Assembly: GCA_013265495.1 (NCBI GenBank)
Contig: MU058716.1
Span: forward strand, 130,264-194,263
Length of the DNA: 64,000 bases
Direction: 5' to 3'
From: Vicugna vicugna
Lineage: Eukaryota
Below the pieces are notes generated by a model, which was not told where the DNA came from, ran no database searches, and saw only the letters and a program-made list of their open reading frames with translations. Below are positions 1 through 13,484 of this stretch, piece after piece (positions within the stretch are counted from its first letter, which is position 1; every line of letters starts with the position of its first letter). A program made the position numbers and the translations under genes.

Positions 1-367
1 GAAGTAAGCCAGAAAGAGAAAGAAAAATACTATATGAGATTGCTCATATGTGGAATCTAAAAAAAAAAAAGCATAAATATAAAACAGAAATTGACTCACA
101 GACATAGAATATAAACTTGTGGTTGCCAAGGGAGCAGGAGGTGGGAAGAGATAGACTGGGACTTCAAAATTGTAGAGTAGATAAACAAGATTATACTGTG
201 TAGCACAGGGAAATACATACAAGATCTTATGGTAGCTCACAGAGAAAAAAATGTGGCAATGAATGTACACATGTTCATGTATAGCTGAAAGGTGGTACTC
301 TGCACTGGAATTTGACACAACATTGTAAAATGATTATAAATCAATAAAACAAATGTTTAAAAAAAAG
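1..367 (+). mobile_element. LINE-1 3' end with A-rich tail
   Basis: Typical L1 3' UTR text (gaagtaagccagaaagag...tgtggaatctaaaa), then AATAAA and an A-tail. Confidence 0.85.
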
Positions 368-763
368 AATCTAGAGAATCTAGGACTGGTGAGGGCTGTG
401 GCCAAGTAAAGAATATATGCCCCCTTTAAAGGCATTCAAATTCACATTCTTCAAACTGTGGGCAAAGATACACCTTCTAGTTGGGTTCTCTGATATAGAC
501 AGAGGTCCCACTCCACCTCCTCAGCTCACAATAAGGAAACAATATCCAGGCAGGAAGTAGCTTGGCCAGTGTGTCTCAAAGTTACGGGCAGAAGCAGAAA
601 CAACCTGGTGGTCACAGACACTGTTTTCAACTTTTTTAATCCCCCAGCTGATTCAGCCTTGAGTGACTGAACGTCTCAGGGTTGGTGACCAAACACCAGT
701 TAAAAGACTCAACACCGCCCTCTCTGCACCTGGCTATCTGGAGGCCAGGCCCCTTTCACTCAC

Positions 764-879
764 ACTGTGAGGGGGGATTGCGTCAGTCAGGTGCCTGATG
801 AGGTGAAGCCGTGACTGGAGCCCATACCCAAGGGAGTGGCCGTTTAACCTGCTTTGATTCCGGACATACCTCGACAACG
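764..879 (-). CDS. Candidate second coding exon of the same gene ((A)LSRYVRNQSRLNGHSLGYGLQSRLHLIRHLTDAIPPHS)
   Basis: CTCCCCAG acceptor, open in the phase-1 frame, GTGAGT donor; preceded by a 157-nt intron with G-runs. Confidence 0.45.
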
Positions 880-1036
880 CTGGGGAGTGCAGCCGCATCA
901 AGCAGGGCCCCCACACAATTCTCCACACACACCTGGCCCCCTCCCCCCCCCCCCCCCTACGCCAGGCAGACACCTGGTGCCCCCACTTCGCCCCCAACAG
1001 AAACTCTCCTCTAGCCAGCCCCCACCTCAGGCTTAC

Positions 1037-1091
1037 CTTGAGAGAAAACCAAGATGCAAAAAAAACAAAAAACCCATAAAGCAGCGGACAT
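1037..1091 (-). CDS. Candidate signal-peptide exon of an unidentified gene (MSAALWVFCFFCILVFSQ)
   Basis: acaATG with A at -3, hydrophobic core, strong phase-1 donor AAG|GTAAGC; possible upstream acceptor at 1199-1200. Confidence 0.5.
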
Positions 1092-2229
1092 TGTTGAAAC
1101 GCTGACAGCAGGGAATAACCATACAGCATAAGCCATCAGCGCCAGTGACCCATGCCGAGTGTGTGCCTTCAACACCAGTGACGCGGGCCCAGGGTGTGCT
1201 TTAAGAATTAAAAGAAGCCAGTCTGTAGATAACATGTTGCTCAGTAAATACCTGTTGACTCTCTTTTTGTTGGAAACTGCAGCAATATGGACAGGGATTG
1301 CAGTGAGAGTAGAACAATGAAAAGTTGGCTCTTGCTGTAGAAGACTTTGTGGTTTGGTCCTTGTGAAGATTTAAAGTTCAGTTCTGTCACCTAATTATCA
1401 TTGTAACCTATGCTTTCGATATTACTTTTTGTTTTATATCATTTAATTGGTTATAGTTCAATGGTTATATTTTATATTCTGTTGAGAATATTAAGTGATT
1501 TTTACTGAAATACTTTGGCTTAACCCTGGAATGTTACTTCATCTGCTTTTCCATGTTAAAGGCAATAAAATCATCATCAACAGTAATAATAAAACAACCA
1601 CTATCTTCTAAAGTTTGCTGTCCCCTGTTTGCGTGTGATCTCACGGGGAGCCTTTCCAGTCTTGGTCACGTATCGAGCCTTGAAGCGAACCCGCTTTCCT
1701 GCTACGCCTATTTGTTCTTGCCTGTCCAGCCATTCTTGTTAAGACTTCCACTTTCTTCTCCTCTCATTTCACTTTCTCCTTTTATTCTTCATCTGAAAGG
1801 CTAATGCTTGGTTTTTACTACAGTATCCACCCTTTGGAAGCTCTTTGCTTTTGTCATTTTGTGGAGTGTTCCTTAATAATCCTACTGGGATGACTATCCA
1901 TTCAATGCATATTTTTAAAGAACTTACTGCTTCCCTCTTCAGAAACCTTCACTATTGGTTCACTGTTCTCTGATTTTTATTATTTTTGTGTATCTGTACT
2001 GAGTCCTGGATGCTTGAGTGTCCTGAAAGACTTTTTGTTTTATTTGATTAAATTATAGGTTTTGTAAGGCTGGTAACAAAAAGGGCAGCCCTCTGGGCCC
2101 TTATCATCATCATGGTTTTATTAGAAGCAGTCATTTTCACCTAATTCTTAGATACCTCTAAATTTCTAAATAAAATATGTATAGTGAAATTTTCTTAACT
2201 TCTGCATTTAGGTATTATGTACATACTTT

Positions 2230-2713
2230 ACTAAAACAATCATAATGCCTTAAAACAACCTAAGTTTATTTTCTTACAATTCTGTAGTTTAAAAGGCTAA
2301 AATGAGTCTTATACTAGAAGCAAGGTGTCAGCAGGGCTGTGTTCCTCTTTGAAGCCTCTACAAGAGAATCTGTTTCCTTGCCTTTCCACCTTCTATAAGT
2401 TACCAGCATTCGTTGGCCTGTGGCCCACATCCCCACCTTCACAGCCAGCAACATTGCGTTTCTGTGACAATGCTTCTGTTATGACATGTCTTTCTCTGAC
2501 TCTCCTCTTCTGCCTTCTTTCTTTTTCAAGAATCCTGATGATTACATTGGGTCCACCTGGATAATCTCTGTATTTCAAATCAGCTGATTAGTAACCTTAA
2601 TTCTGTTGCAACCTTAGGTCTCCATTGCCATGTAAGGTAATATATTCACAGGTCCTAGTATTAGGATGTGGACATTTGGTTGGGGAGTGGGGGCAGCATT
2701 ATTCTACCTGCCA
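2230..2713 (-). mobile_element. MaLR (MLT1-type) solo LTR
   Basis: Characteristic motifs caaggtgtcagcagggctgtgttcc, gagaatctgtttccttgcc and atattcacagg...aggatgtggacat. Confidence 0.75.
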
Positions 2714-2749
2714 AGGGGATTAAACTTTTAGGGCCAATACTCAACTCTT

Positions 2750-4030
2750 TTTATCTCTATTCTTCCTTTTTCCAAAATCATTGACTATAATTAATTTTCA
2801 GTTAAATATATATTCAATATTAGTATATTATAACCATGTATATATGAATTATAGTGTACTACCATGCAATTTTTTTAATGCAGTTTCTCTTCTTGGAGTT
2901 AATAACTGCTTTTTTTGGTTTCATTAGTATTCCACGTCCTTAGTATTTATTAATTCCCCAGAATTCTTACAGAAGCATAAATCTTCTCTCAGTATGTTCA
3001 GATGCATTCAATAATTCATTTTAATTTTTGTAGTCATCATTTTTTTAGTGTACTTTCCTCCTGTTTCAATCTCTGCTTCTAATCCTGCTGTAGAGATGTC
3101 TTGAAATTTCCTTTTATCGTTGTCCTGAGAATTTCCTTTTCTCTTATGTTGGATCCCCTGTGTCTTAGGTCGCATATGTTATTCTTTCCTCATTTACTTC
3201 CTCTTTTTGGTGGAGCATAATTCTCTAGTTATCCTTCTAGCAGAGGAAGTAAACTTCTTTCAGATCTGGTGTGTCTGAGTGAATCTTTATTCTACCTTCA
3301 TATGTGAAGGTAGTTTGGGTGTGTAAATAGAGTTGTAGGTTGGAAATGATTTTCCTACAGAATTTTAAAAGCATTGTGCTGTTGTCTTCTTGTTTCCAGT
3401 GCTTCTGTTCAGAAGTTTGATGCCATTCTAATTGTATGTTGTATGTTAATTTTTTTCTGTTTCTATGCTTCTGTTTTTCCCTCTCCAATGCTTCTAGGAG
3501 CTTTTCTTTAGCCCTGATACTTGTTTTTTCATTTGCTGTGTTGGATATATGGTATATCCTTTTAATCTGAACCTCATGTACTTCAGTTTGAGGAAACCTT
3601 TTTGAATTATTTCTTTGATTATTTTCTCCATTTTGTTTTAATAGTTCTTTCTAGAACTTTTGTTTTTCAGATATTTCTTTCTGTTGATCCTTTCATTTTG
3701 GGGTCATTTTTCTTCCATTTTCAATCTCTTTGGATTTTTCGTTTTTCATTTATGTGGTAGAATTCCTCAATTTTATTTTTTTTTCTTCCTGTTAATTTAG
3801 GGAGAATTAACATCATGTTCTTAATTTCAAGACATCATGTTCTTGTTGTAGCATCTTCTGTACTGCCTCCGAGGATACTAGTGGTAGTAGTAATAGTAAT
3901 AATAAACAGTAGTAATAAGTAATAAATAATAATAATTATCATTATTTTAAGTTTTCTATTCCTGGCATTATCTTTTTACCCCAAGCTCCTTTTGTGTGTG
4001 TGTGTGTGTGTGTTTTTTATCTCTACCTTT
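2750..4030 (-). mobile_element. Ancient L1 fragment(s)
   Basis: T-rich degenerate antisense L1-like sequence. Confidence 0.55.
3993..4012. repeat. (TG)10 microsatellite
   Basis: Direct reading. Confidence 0.9.
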
Positions 4031-7000
4031 CATGCTGGTGATAATGCCCCCTTTACTATCCTGAAATGAAAATAAAAAATACAACCTTCTTTTATATATA
4101 TAATTATATATTATATATATAATCATTATATGTATATAATTTCAAAATTTTCTGATATCTTGAATAAAGTGGAAAGGATTAAAAGAAAGTAATTTAAGGT
4201 ACAGTAATACATATTTCAATATAAAAATGCTCAGGCATGGCTACATAGAAGACATAATGAAGTAGCCAGGTATATGCAATTACTGTGAATGTGATTGATA
4301 CAGGTAGACTTGTGCAGGCCTGTGTTAAATACCTCAAGTTGATGCTGTGATTTTCTGAAGTGATAGCAAACTTGGTAAAGTTTTGAACAAAACAAAGATT
4401 ATTCTCCCTCTCATTTCCGTAGTTGCATTTCTAGGACTCTTGGTATGTAATAAGATCAATGCAGAAATGCAAAAAAAAAAAAGTGTTTACATTTAAAACA
4501 GAACCCAATTTGATGCCCATATGTTTGTTTTTAAATAGGATTTCACCTACTTCAATGCCTGTGAGATAGGCTTCATTTTTCAAGATTGTCCTGTTCATCA
4601 TAGGGCCTCTTGATACCCTAACTGGTAACTCTTAAATGCCAGTAGTGACATTGAATTATCAGTCAGCCAGAAACATCCTAAAACATTCTCAAAACACCAC
4701 CGAGTGGCCTGAACTCTAACCCCCGAGAACTACTGTCATAGATGGAGGTAGTTTTCCTTTTTGTGTAAACACGTGTTGAAGTAGATCTATTTGACCCCTG
4801 CACAAGCAATTTCTCTGTCCCTGCTTATTCCCAATCTTAAGAAACTCAGTGACCTAAGTGATAGGATTACTTTTTGTTTTCCCTTCAAATGAAAATCTAG
4901 AAATATTCCCTTTTTAAGTCAGTGAGGCATATCCTTTTAGGGTAAAAACAATGAATTCTTTTTGGAGATTCCTAATTTTCTTAGGATAATACAAAGGCTC
5001 CTACAGTAAAGAAAACTTTTTAACTTTATTGAATGTAGTAGTTTCCTAACGTATTTAACCAAAGACCCCTTTTTCATACACTACATGTTAACATTGCACA
5101 AAATACACGTAGTAAAATACTTTGGTAGAGTAATCAAAGCTCAGGGTGTTAAATTGCTAGACACGGCTAGTACAAGTGAAATTATGAATTAAGTTAAATC
5201 TTCTGGATGTTTCAGTGGCAGGAGGGAGAGTGTTCCACTAAACAGTTCTTGGTGAAGTACTGTATTAATTGTGATGGTAGTATGAACATGACTGCCTATC
5301 TTGGGAGTGGTCTTCTAGAAAGAGTTATTTAAAAAACACTGCAGGTCCAGAAAAGACAGGGCTCCAACGGGAATGGTCATACCTGTTGGTCATACATCTA
5401 TGGACTGCCATTCACACAAAGTACAGTTTGAGTGGTGCTGTCTACAAATTATACAGAGGATGTGGTGACCATGATATAAGATGTAACAGAGATAATCATG
5501 CTCTGCAATTATAGAGAAATGATTTCAAATTCAATCTATAGAGGTATTTTGCAGAGGAAGTAACACTTGAAATGGATCTTGAGAAATGCGTAAGACATTG
5601 GTAATAGTTTTGCTTTAGTAGGTATGTAATAAATAGGATAGACTGGAAGAATGATGTCTTCATTGGCGAAAGGAAGAGATTAACAAAGGGAGAGGTTTTT
5701 CTCAATCACTTAATTCTGCTTTTAATAATAAGTTCCTTCTATGACTGCAACTAATTTAAAATTGGAACATTGAGAATTTTTTCTAACTGGATTATAGAAA
5801 AAAATGATGAAAATGTTTCTAGTGGATTTGTTAGTTTTTTGTTAACTATGGGCTTAATCTGATCTGCTTTAAAAAGATCTGAAAGTGGAAGAATCTTAAT
5901 GCAAAAGAGTCACAGTAATATTCAAGAGAGACCATGTAAGGCAGCTTACAGAAGGCAACGCAGAGTTATAGAGGGAAATGCGGTAAATAGTTTGAAAATG
6001 TACCCACTTTTGTTTACATAGTGTGGGCAAGAAAAGAAGTGAGTGATGACTAGCAGTTCGATAGGGATTTGAAACTCACAGTCACTAGGGAAGCTTGTTC
6101 CCTGAGAAGCCTCTTAAAGTAATTGCGCTGGTTTGTTTTCTGTAAGGGGCGAGAAGATTTTTGTGAAGACTGGTATGATATGATAGTCAACGTTAAGGCT
6201 TTGATTTAACTTTACAATTTAGAAGGAGGTGTTCATATATTGAGTATTTCATGCATAATTTGTCTTCTTGCTCTCAAGAAAATAATTATGTGGAGATCAA
6301 GGTTAACTATGTATGCGTCTGAGTTGAAATTAACCTCTTTGAGAATGAGTCAGTAAATGATGGCGTCAGAAAATATGGTCACTGTTTTCTCCTTTGTGTA
6401 TGATTGCTTCATCTGTGACTGAATGTGTGGTGGTTTAGTTCATGCAGAATTCAGAATTTGTGCTCAGACTTTGATTTCTCATTTTCCTTTGTTCATAGTG
6501 CTGCTAAAACAGTGGGTAATGACCTTTGTAATTCTCATTCTTTTTATTTTGAGTTCTAACATGATAGATGTTACTGTGATCCTTTGAACTCCATTTTAAA
6601 ATGTTTTGTAACTTTGATGAATTTGCCTATATATTTAAAGTTTTACTTGACTGAATGGTGATACAACCTGTTCTCTCACTGGAGAAACTATTTAATGAAT
6701 GGTGCTAAGGAAGACAATGTGGAGAGACACACATATATTTTCTTTTAATCTGTTCAGAAGCCTTTATGACTTTTCAGACCTGGGATCCCTGGCCTCCCTT
6801 TGCTTCTCTTGCTCATCATTGTCCTAATAATCTTGTGATTATAAGACACTCTCTGGATAATAGCATCATGTAAGCAACAGAACTCTCCACATACAGATTT
6901 AAATATACTGTATATATTTTGTGGTTAGTTACAGCCGTAACTTCCCTACCCTTTTCATGACATTGCATAGATAGAAAATGATATTTCTATCTGGAGTAAT

Positions 7001-7384
7001 CAGGAAAAGCTCTAAGTCATTGAGAGCTTGATTCACCCCAGCCCTTCCCCACAAACTCTGAGGGCCAAGAGACCTGTGTCTCAGCATAGACATGCCCGTG
7101 GTGTCACAGCGCATTAGTTAGGAAGCTCTGAGTAATAGTATTTCTTTGATAAATATATTCCTAACACTTTTGTTACTGCCTCAGTAAAAGGGTGTTGATG
7201 TTGATGGATTTAAGTAAAATTGTTACCTTGAAATTCTTTCATACCTGTGTTCTCCTGCCTCCCCCAAGTTAGAACAAAATAGTGTTATAACAGCATAGGG
7301 CTGCTGTGGTATACCGTGTCCTTAGTGTGACAGTCTTCTTCATGCAGCCAGGGCTAAGAAGAAAATGAAAAGTTTTTGGCATAT

Positions 7385-7575
7385 CCACTAAACTGAGCAC
7401 CTTATAAGCATTATCTCTTTTAATTTTCAAACCCATATTAGGAGGCTGGTAGTAGTATTTCCCTTCTACAGTGAAGACTTTGTGGCTTCTGAGGTTGAGT
7501 GATTTGTTTGAGATCATACAGATGAGTAGCAAGGCTGAAATGAAAACTTTTGCAATGTGACTTTAGAGTCCCTAA
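7385..7575 (-). mobile_element. MIR SINE
   Basis: Degenerate antisense MIR core (gcattatctc...tacagtgaag...gaggttgagtgatttg). Confidence 0.55.
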
Positions 7576-7747
7576 GATGTATTATCATATGAATTCTAGG
7601 ACTTAATCCACTGATAAATCTTCCTTTTTAAAGTAAACTGTTGCCACCAAGTATAGATGTGTTCTCCTTCATCCTGATCAACACTTGAGGTTTTGCGGAA
7701 TAGTTCTTTTCAATTCTAAAGCACCCAGACATTGTCACTTGAGAAAA

Positions 7748-9720
7748 TACACCACACCAACAAAACAAAAGACAAACCCCACATAATTATCTCAACAGAT
7801 GCAGAAAAAGCATTTGATAAAATTCAACATCGATTCATGATTAAAAACTCTTACCAAAGTAGGCATAGAGGGAACATATCTCAACATCATAAAAGCTGTT
7901 TATGACAAACCCACACCTAACATCATACTTACTGGAGAAAAGCTAAAAGCCTTCCCACTGAAATCTGGAACAAAACAAGGATGCCCACTCCCACCACTTC
8001 TATTCAACATAATATTGGAAGTCCTAGCCATGGGATTCAGACAAGAAAAAGAAATCAAAGGGGTCCAAATTGGAAAGGAAGAGGTAAAATTGTCACTATA
8101 TGAGAATGGCATGATACTATATATAGAAAACCCTAAAGACTTCACACAAAAACTACTAGAGCTAATAAAAGAATTCAGCTAGGTAGCAAGATTAACATAC
8201 AAAACTATGTTGTATTTCTTTACACTAACAATGAAATATCAAAAAATAGAAGTTAAAAAAATCTCTGAAAATGATATCCAAAAAACTGAAAAACTTAGGA
8301 ATAACCCTTACCAAGGAGGTTAAAGATTTATATGCTGAGGGCTACAAAACATTGATAAAGGCAATTAAAGATGATTTAAAGAAATGGAAAGATAGCCCAT
8401 GCTCTTGGACTGGAAGAATTAATATTGTTAAAATGGCCATAGCACTCAAAGCAAGCTATACATTTAATGGGCTCTCTATCAAATTACCTACAACATTTTT
8501 CACAGAACTAGAACAAATAATCTAAAATTTATATGGAATCACAAAAGACCCATAAATGCCAAAGCAGTACTGCAGAAAAAGAATGAAACTGGAGGCATAA
8601 CCCTCCCAGACTTCAGACAATACTAAATACTACAAAGCTACAGTAATCAAAACAGTGTGTTATTAGCACAAAACAGACATATGGATCAATGGAACAGAAC
8701 AGAGACCCTAGAAATAAACCTACACTCCTATGATCAATTCATCTTCAACAAAGGCAAAATACAGTGAAGAGAAGATGGTCTCTTTGCCAGTGCTGTTGGG
8801 AAAGCTGGACAGCTGCATGTATATCAATGAAGTTACGACACTCCCTCACACCATATTCAAAAATAAACTTAAAATGGCTTAAAGACTTCAACATAAGACA
8901 AGACACCATAAATCTCATAAGAGAATACAGGCAATACATTCTCTGACATAAATCTTAGCAATGTTCTCCTAGGTCAGTCTACCAAAGCAATCGAAATAAA
9001 AGCAAAAAGAAAAAAATAGTTGAACTTATGAGTTTTGCACAGTGAGTGAATGAAACTATAAACAAAATGAAAAGGTAACCTACTGAATAGAAGAAAATAT
9101 GTGCAAATGATGCACCTGGTAAGTGCTTAATTTCTACAATATACAAGTAGCTCATGCAACTCAGTAACAACAATAACAAAAAACAACCCAATCAAAAACG
9201 GGCAGAAGACCTAAACATATGTTTCTCCAAAGAAGACAGAGATGGCCAATAGGCACATGAAAGGATGCTATATTATACAATGCTATACTAAACATCAAAA
9301 GCATCAGTTATCTAGGAATGAAACTAATGAAGGAGGTATAAGACCTCCACTCTGAAAACAAAAATTATGAAACATTATTGGAAGAAACAAAGATTTAAAT
9401 CAATGAAGGAATTATACTTCACTAATTAATCAAGAGACAATGTGGTAAGTATAGCAATGCTCCCAAGTCAACTGAAAGGCATTCCGATCAAAATCTCTGA
9501 ATATCTTTTATGGATAATGACTAGGCAATTTTAATCACCTGGAAATACAAAGGGCTAAGAATGACAAAGATAATCTCAAAGATGGACTTACCACAAAGAT
9601 TGATACAAATGTTCACAATAAATATATAGCAATTAAGACAGTATAATGTTGGTGCAAGGATACAAAAATAAACTAATGGAACAGAACAGCATGTAGAAAT
9701 AGACCTACATATATACTTCT
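7748..9720 (+). mobile_element. LINE-1 ORF2 fragments (RT to C-terminal region), disrupted; a younger piece to about 9270 and an older piece after it
   Basis: [32 protein letters not shown] and [19 protein letters not shown] motifs, with stops and frameshifts. Confidence 0.93.
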
Positions 9721-9724
9721 TCAG

Positions 9725-11200
9725 CATTCCCTCAGGGGTACCTAAATTCCTCTTTCATTTACTACAAGGGAGCAGGTCAGGATTTATTGTGACTACCACT
9801 ACCTTATGATGCCCAAAGCTTTCAATGATAGATAATATTCAGTTAGCCATTGGATCAGAAGCCTAAGACTCAGTGGCTCTGACTTTGGTGTTATCACACC
9901 ATCATTAGCAAAGTTGACTGATGAAGCCTAACAAAAAAAGACTGCTTGTCAAGTTTTGGGAGGACTGTGCAGACAGATTCATAATGGTCTATCACTCTGG
10001 AAGTTAAGGGAAAATTTTCTCCCTTCCCCTCATCCGAAATCCAGCCTAGCATCTCTTTGGCTTCTTGAATATTGGAAACAGCAGATGACACATTTGGGCA
10101 TTCTCTTTGGTCTTTTGTATCAGGTAACCTACAGGGAGTATAACCCACAGACCTACACTGGAAGTTAATCAGCATGCTGTGGTATGCTCCCTACTCTGAG
10201 GTACCACAAACCTAATGACCTATTTGAGCTACAAGCCTCCATGACTGATGATTTTTTGTGCCAGAGTCTTTGGAAAAGGAAGGCAACCTCTGCTCAGAAG
10301 CATCCTCCGTTGTACAGGACTCACTGACTCCCGGAAACAGCTATATCTGAAGAACAACTCTTAGCTTACTACTGACCTCTTGTCAGAAGCAAAGCCCTGT
10401 CCTGCAGAGACTTCGTGATTTTGTGGACTGATATTCTCATTTAAGATGAACCAAAATAGATTCACAACTAACCATTTGGCAAGCCTTACTTATCAACTGG
10501 AAGTGATCTATTAAAGCCACAGGGATGGTCTTAAGAGATCTTCAGATCTTTAAAGAAACACCATCAGTGGATCACACAGCCCTCAGAAGACTAGAAATCT
10601 CTTAAGTGAAGTTACTCTTGGTTACTAAGGGGAGATTTCCAGACGGATTACCGACACATTATTTATATGCACCCTGAGGGGAGATATCTATTACTCTGAG
10701 AGTAACCCAATTAGAAAATGTGGTACAAAATTTGTCCCTGATTTTACCTGAAATAATAAATGACACCAGCTCATCTGTGGAAAGCATTCTGGTCAGCCTC
10801 AGTCACTGATCAGCATTGCTGTGGACGACAGAACCGCCCAAAACTTCACCCTTGCAGGTCAGGGTAGAATATATGCAATTGCTAATGCATTCTTTTATAC
10901 TTGGATTAACTATCTCAGGCTAAGAGGAAAGGTCAATACAGAAACTTAAGGAGAATGACATTATTCTTAAGGTAGACCCTGAGGGCCAAGAAATTTGTTC
11001 AGCTGGCTGGGTCCAGGACTTAGCCAGCAGGATTGAAGCCAATACTGCAGGTGGCTTTATCTTGTTGTTTAGAGTCTTATTGATATTAGCCACAATTAAA
11101 TACTATATGAAACAAGTTAAATGAATTTAGCCCCCGTATCTGTTAATCAGATTTATCAGAGTGGTAAACAGTGTGGTAAACAGTGGTAAAACAGTGCTCA
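9725..11200 (+). mobile_element. Degenerate endogenous retrovirus internal region (pol and env remnants)
   Basis: FPQGYLNS at 9727, LLEYWKQQMTHLGIL at about 10060, EEQLLAYY at about 10350, and an env TM/ISD-like DDRTAQNFTLAGQGRIYAIANAFFYTWIN at about 10824-10910. Confidence 0.75.
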
Positions 11201-11569
11201 TGGAAAAAATCTGTCATTATGGCCCTTGAAACTCATGTTTTTGGCTTTTGGACTATTTCCAGTCTCACAATGGTGTGCCCTCTATCACAAAATCTATTCA
11301 ATAAAAGGCTGATAGTAAATGTTTTTGCACATCTTAACATTTGTTTATTTGGCCCACATATTTTATGTTCCTTCTCTCGTTTTTTAAAATTATTAATCAA
11401 AATTTCAAATTAACACACTCTTTCACTACTCTTTTTACTATTCTTTCACTGGTTAGCTCAAAGTTACCACACACATCCTTGACTTTTTACAGCATAATAA
11501 TAAAAGATCACATCTACCACCTTCCCATTAATGCTAGAATTTTAAAACAATTAATTTCATTTGTAACTT

Positions 11570-13480
11570 CTTTTGGAGCGCCTATTTCTCAATATGTAGT
11601 AAAACTAATGTACACAAAAGCAATTCCCCTTCAATGTCCAAACACAGATCAATTCTACAAACGTGTACAAGTAGATATGTGCAAATCTATTTGTTACTGC
11701 ATTGTCTGGAAAGGTGAGAAAGTTAGAGGCAACTTCATGTCCATTAATATTATAATGGATAAACAGTAGTATATTCATAGAGTTCCACAGCACTGTTAAA
11801 ATGCACTAAATAGAGAACAACATGAATCTGATGAACATAATTTCACACGAAAGTAATGCAAGAGTACACAAAATGATGAATTTTAGAAATCGTATGTACA
11901 TAGGCACATAAGTAAAAATATATAAAGAATGCACTCTAGCTTTAGAAGAGTTGTTACCCATGGGGAGAGAGGAAGAGAAACGGGATAAGGGACAGGTGCA
12001 GACGTCTTAAAGGTTTTACGTATTTTAAACTATTGATGCAATGATGGCAAAGTGCTCATATTTTTAAAATTTGAGTGAACAACATTTAGGTATTTAAAAT
12101 TCGAGCAAATACCACCACTCCTACTTCCTGCCTATTTGAAATATTTCCGTAAATACATAAGAGAAAACTTTACATAAAAATTTCACTATGAGTACGATGA
12201 GCAGAAACACCTACTTAAAAGTGTAGTTGCTTCACTGAGTGGTAACATAAACTGACTTTCTACATATATGGGCAAAAGTGCAGATGTTCCAATGATAACT
12301 AAAGATTCTGAAGCTCTGGCCAGAGATAGGCACGCAAACATAGGACTCTTGATGAGAATCTGAAGTAGAAATAAGTTACATACGAATTATTTTATTTTGT
12401 TAAGAGGAATAGATAGACCTACTTGTATAACTGATACACCCACATAATCACAAACACTTTAATATTAGCTGACTTTCAAAATTTTGCCGTGCTGATGAAT
12501 GTGTAGTATCACAATGCTTTATTTTATATTTTTCCAATTTCAAATATAACTGAGCATTTTCTTCATGTAATTGTTAGCTATTTAGCATTCTTTCATGTGT
12601 ACAAACTGCCTATTCATACTTCTATTAGGCTTCCTGAAATTCTTGTGTAGATTTTCCAAGAATTCCTTGTTTATTCTAAAGCTTAATCTCTTATGGTATT
12701 TATGGAATTTAGATATTTGTCACTCATCTTTTAACAGTCTATAGCTTTCTTCATTGACTAGAAATCTTTGACTTAATATAGTCTAATCATAAATTATAAG
12801 TTCATATTTGACACTATTGCAGTCTTGCCTAATCTTTTCCAACCTCTATGTCACAAGGCATCTCTTTCATTTTAAACATTAACTGTGTCATTTTTTCAAA
12901 TCACAGTTTATTAACCCAGAAATCACCTTTCTGCATAATACCAAGGAGGGACCCAGCTTCATTTTACCATATAGAACACCAAGTTTGCCATCACATCTAG
13001 TGAACAATTATCCTTGGAGTGCCTCTTCCATCACATAGCAAGTTTGTATATCTATATATCTATATATAAATTTGTTGCTGAGTTCTCTATTCTATTCCAC
13101 TGGCCTATTTATCTGTGCTAAGGAAATACTACCTTGTTTTTACTACTATGGCTTTGTAGCCTGTCTTAATGTGTACTAGGATCAACACTCTTGTTTTACC
13201 TATTCATGCCCTTATTCTGTCATAAGAATTAAGAATCAACTTGTCATTTACTAAAAAAAATAAAATACTTGCCCTAGTATTGATTACATTTCATTGAATT
13301 CATAGATTGAGAGAGAGATCACACATATGAAAGCTGTCATTTTATCCATTAGTACAGTATATCTTTCAAACTATCCTAGTCTCCTTTAATACAGTTATAG
13401 AGTTTGAAATTTTTTCATGAAGTTCTTGAGTAGCTTTGTTAAAGTAGTTCCTGAATTATTTATAGTTATTATTTATAGCA
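11570..13480. mobile_element. Ancient L1 fragments in both orientations
   Basis: Degenerate L1M-type 3' UTR (plus) and ORF2-like (minus) sequence. Confidence 0.55.
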
Positions 13481-13484
13481 AACT

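Noticed and set aside
8271..8525. ORF with reverse-transcriptase-like sequence
   Set aside because: Fragment of a disrupted L1 ORF2, not a functional gene
11161..11197. Short imperfect tandem repeat (gtggtaaaca x3)
   Set aside because: No spacers and a eukaryotic context; a slippage repeat, not CRISPR-like
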